DNA of 32,000 bases, from assembly GCF_000196555.1 (NCBI RefSeq), contig NC_015067.1, positions 1,170,001-1,202,000 of the forward strand, read 5' to 3'. The notes beneath the pieces are model-generated. The model was not told where the DNA came from, did no database searches, and worked only from the letters and a program-made list of their open reading frames with translations. Position 1 is the first letter of the stretch. Every line of letters begins with the position of its first letter. This DNA is from Bifidobacterium longum subsp. longum JCM 1217 (GTDB taxonomy: Bacteria > Actinomycetota > Actinomycetes > Actinomycetales > Bifidobacteriaceae). Positions 30,056 to 32,000 of the stretch are shown here, piece by piece. The translations under genes were made by a program, and so were the position numbers.

Positions 30056-32000
30056 GCGCCCCTCCTATGCCGCGCCGTGTTCGCCCGCTGTTCGGCGAGG
30101 AACCTCCGGTAGTTCGGATCGTTGCTCTCGTCTGATATGTCGCCCCGCTGTTCGGCGCGGCTGAACCGCCGCTCCTCCGTGCTGCGCGCCCGTTCGCGTT
30201 CCAGGAGCGCGCGCGTCGCCTCGCTGTTCGACGCGGGTATGCGGATCGGACGGGCCGGCGTGGCGGCGCGTCCGGACGCGGGCCGGTTCGTCCGGCCGCG
30301 CCGCCGCATGTCGTTCAGGAGGCGTTCGCCGACGCGTATCAGCGTCCGCTCGTCCAACCCGTTGTTCACGGTCAGCTTGTAGCCTTTCCCGAAGCCGGCC
30401 AGGAGGGCGTTCTTCGACGGGGCGAGGGGCCGGGCGGGCGCGTCGGGGCGCGCCCCCGGACGGCCGGCCGGGGGCCGGGACGCGTCCGCCCGGCTCGCGG
30501 GGCCGTTCGCGGCGCGCATGCGCGACTGCGGGGAACCCTGGGCGAACGCGGGCCGGGACGGTGGGCGCGGGGCCTTCGCCTGCTCGTGGATGTCCTCGGC
30601 GAGCTGGCCGATGTCCTCGGCCGCCGTGTCGGAGCGCATGATCTTCCTCACCTGGCTTTCGAGCTCGTCGCCCCGCAGGGATTTCGCCAATTCGGCGCGC
30701 ACCTTGTTCTCGTATCGGACGGTCGCCAGCCGGTTCTCGTCCGGGGTGGGACGGTTCGCGAGATATTCGGTTCTCGCCCGCGCCTCCTTGTCTCTGGCGG
30801 CGATGGCCGCCTTGTCCGCCTGGCTGGGCCCGTGCCCGCCGGCCGACCGGCCGCCGCCCGTCATGCCATGCATGGCCGGCCCCATGCCCGCCTTCACCCC
30901 GTTCATCGCGGTCCCGGCGAACCCGCCGCGCCCACCGTCCTTCATGGCCATGCCCGCGGAGCCGAGCGCCATGGCGGCCGAGCCGCCGGTCGCCACGCAC
31001 ACGCCCGCCGCGATCGCGGCGCCCGCGGCCATGGTCAGGCCCCGTTTCATGCCGTTGCCGAACCCGGCGAGCTGGGCGAGGCCGGGCAGGCTGAACGGGT
31101 TGCCGATCCTCCACACCTTCACGCACAGGAGCTTCACGGCCTTCACGTACAGGATCGGCAGGAAGATCGCCGCGACGAGCAGGCCCGCGACCCCGCCCTG
31201 CGTGTTCCCGTCCGCGTCGACCAGGCCCAGGAGGGCCATGCCGATGTTGGTGAACAGGATGCCGAGACTGCCGAACAGGGCGACGACCGTGGGGCCCGCC
31301 ACCCATGCGAGCATCTGGACGAGCGCGTTGCCGACCGCCCGCCGGCCCGCGTCCGGGCTGACGGCGAGCAGGAGCAATGCGAGGAACAGGCCGAGCGCGG
31401 CCAGGCAGGCGACGAGCATGCTCAGCGTCTGCAGGCTGCCGCACAGCAATCCCCAGACGATCAGGTTCACCTCGCCGGCCACGCCGTTCAGGAACCCCTC
31501 CGACAGGGTGCCCAGGGAGCTTTTCCCGTGCTGCTGGTCGATGAGCCGGTAGGCGGCCGTGTTCTGCTGCATGTTCCCGCCGCCGTTCGTGAACACGAGC
31601 TGCTGCCAGCCGCTGGTCGCCGTGTTCACGTCGAACAGGAGCGTCAGGTTCGCGATCTCGCTGCGCTTGTTCGTCTTGTCCGAATCGTCGGTGACGGGCT
31701 TCGCCTTGTCCGCGTCGCCGCGCGTCACATAATACGTGTCGTTCCCGTCCGGGTCGATGCCGGTCAAAGCCGCCTCGCAGGAGGATGCGAGCGGCCCTCC
31801 CGCTTCCCGGCTGACGACGCCCGCCGCGGAGCCCGCCAGGGGTTTCCTCTCGATCGCGCCGACGAACTTGAAGCCCGCGCGCGCCTTGAACGAGCCGTCC
31901 GCATCCACCTTGCACACGTTCCACAGCATGACCCACCGGTCGAGCATCTGGGTGGTGGAATCCGCGGGCAGTTTCAGCGTGTACTGGACGCGCAGGTCCT
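30052..32000 (-). CDS. polytopic membrane protein, TrbL/VirB6-like conjugal transfer component; N-terminus probably beyond the right edge
   Basis: It has several hydrophobic helices (VNLIVWGLLCGSLQTLSMLVACLAALGLFLALLLLAV, AWVAGPTVVALFGSLGILFTNIGMALLGLV, VAGLLVAAIFLPILYVKAV, LTMAAGAAIAAGVCVATGG) followed by a long charged tail. The frame stays open upstream of the first Met to base 32000 (DLRVQYTLKLPADSTTQ-MLDRW). Confidence 0.5.
   Translation of the reverse strand, partial: DLRVQYTLKLPADSTTQMLDRWVMLWNVCKVDADGSFKARAGFKFVGAIERKPLAGSAAGVVSREAGGPLASSCEAALTGIDPDGNDTYYVTRGDADKAKPVTDDSDKTNKRSEIANLTLLFDVNTATSGWQQLVFTNGGGNMQQNTAAYRLIDQQHGKSSLGTLSEGFLNGVAGEVNLIVWGLLCGSLQTLSMLVACLAALGLFLALLLLAVSPDAGRRAVGNALVQMLAWVAGPTVVALFGSLGILFTNIGMALLGLVDADGNTQGGVAGLLVAAIFLPILYVKAVKLLCVKVWRIGNPFSLPGLAQLAGFGNGMKRGLTMAAGAAIAAGVCVATGGSAAMALGSAGMAMKDGGRGGFAGTAMNGVKAGMGPAMHGMTGGGRSAGGHGPSQADKAAIAARDKEARARTEYLANRPTPDENRLATVRYENKVRAELAKSLRGDELESQVRKIMRSDTAAEDIGQLAEDIHEQAKAPRPPSRPAFAQGSPQSRMRAANGPASRADASRPPAGRPGARPDAPARPLAPSKNALLAGFGKGYKLTVNNGLDERTLIRVGERLLNDMRRRGRTNRPASGRAATPARPIRIPASNSEATRALLERERARSTEERRFSRAEQRGDISDESNDPNYRRFLAEQRANTARHRRGA

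Noticed and set aside
30065-31936. 623-aa ORF on the same strand as the TrbL-like gene but in another frame
   Set aside because: It is Arg/Gly/Pro/His-rich with no hydrophobic segments. The overlapping frame 30052..31947 encodes coherent transmembrane helices.

Overview
This window is high-G+C, actinobacterial-type DNA. The LAxTG sorting signal and the ATGA/GTGA-coupled operons look Bifidobacterium-like, but that assignment is inference. It reads as an accessory slice of a conjugative element or megaplasmid. Content from left to right:
- A repeat-protein gene that runs off the left edge.
- A PIF1/RecD-like helicase gene split by a complete IS21-family element (istA/istB) with an 8-bp target duplication.
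- A 385-bp segmental duplication carrying two copies of a ~300-bp array of GTATGCAT boxes.
- A visibly AT-richer island holding a hicA remnant plus hicB, a decayed HsdS-like specificity gene, a 600-aa gene combining a PD-ExK motif with an N6-methyltransferase, and an RHH gene.
- An Orn-like DEDDh exonuclease followed by small membrane proteins.
- Two tandem paralogues of a membrane-anchored Gly/Tyr-rich protein.
- A ~980-aa thioester-domain (TQxA) surface adhesin with a LAxTG signal.
- A DivIVA-domain protein.
- A C5-cytosine methyltransferase split into two ORFs by ~470 bp.
- A beta-class N6/N4 methyltransferase preceded by the third box array.
- An XRE regulator behind a 44-bp perfect palindrome.
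- A leftward, translationally coupled operon with a DUF2815-type SSB, a membrane-anchored HNH nuclease and a TrbL/VirB6-like protein that runs off the right edge.

The most unusual signal is non-coding. The 8-mer GTATGC(A/G)T occurs 12 times in each of three dyad-symmetric ~300-bp modules. As ACGCATAC it also sits 7-9 nt upstream of the ATG of at least seven ORF starts. This looks like an element-wide cis-regulatory or maintenance code whose binding factor I cannot identify in this window. I saw no rRNA, tRNA or CRISPR array. Many long ORFs in the track are antisense or out-of-frame artefacts of the high G+C content.
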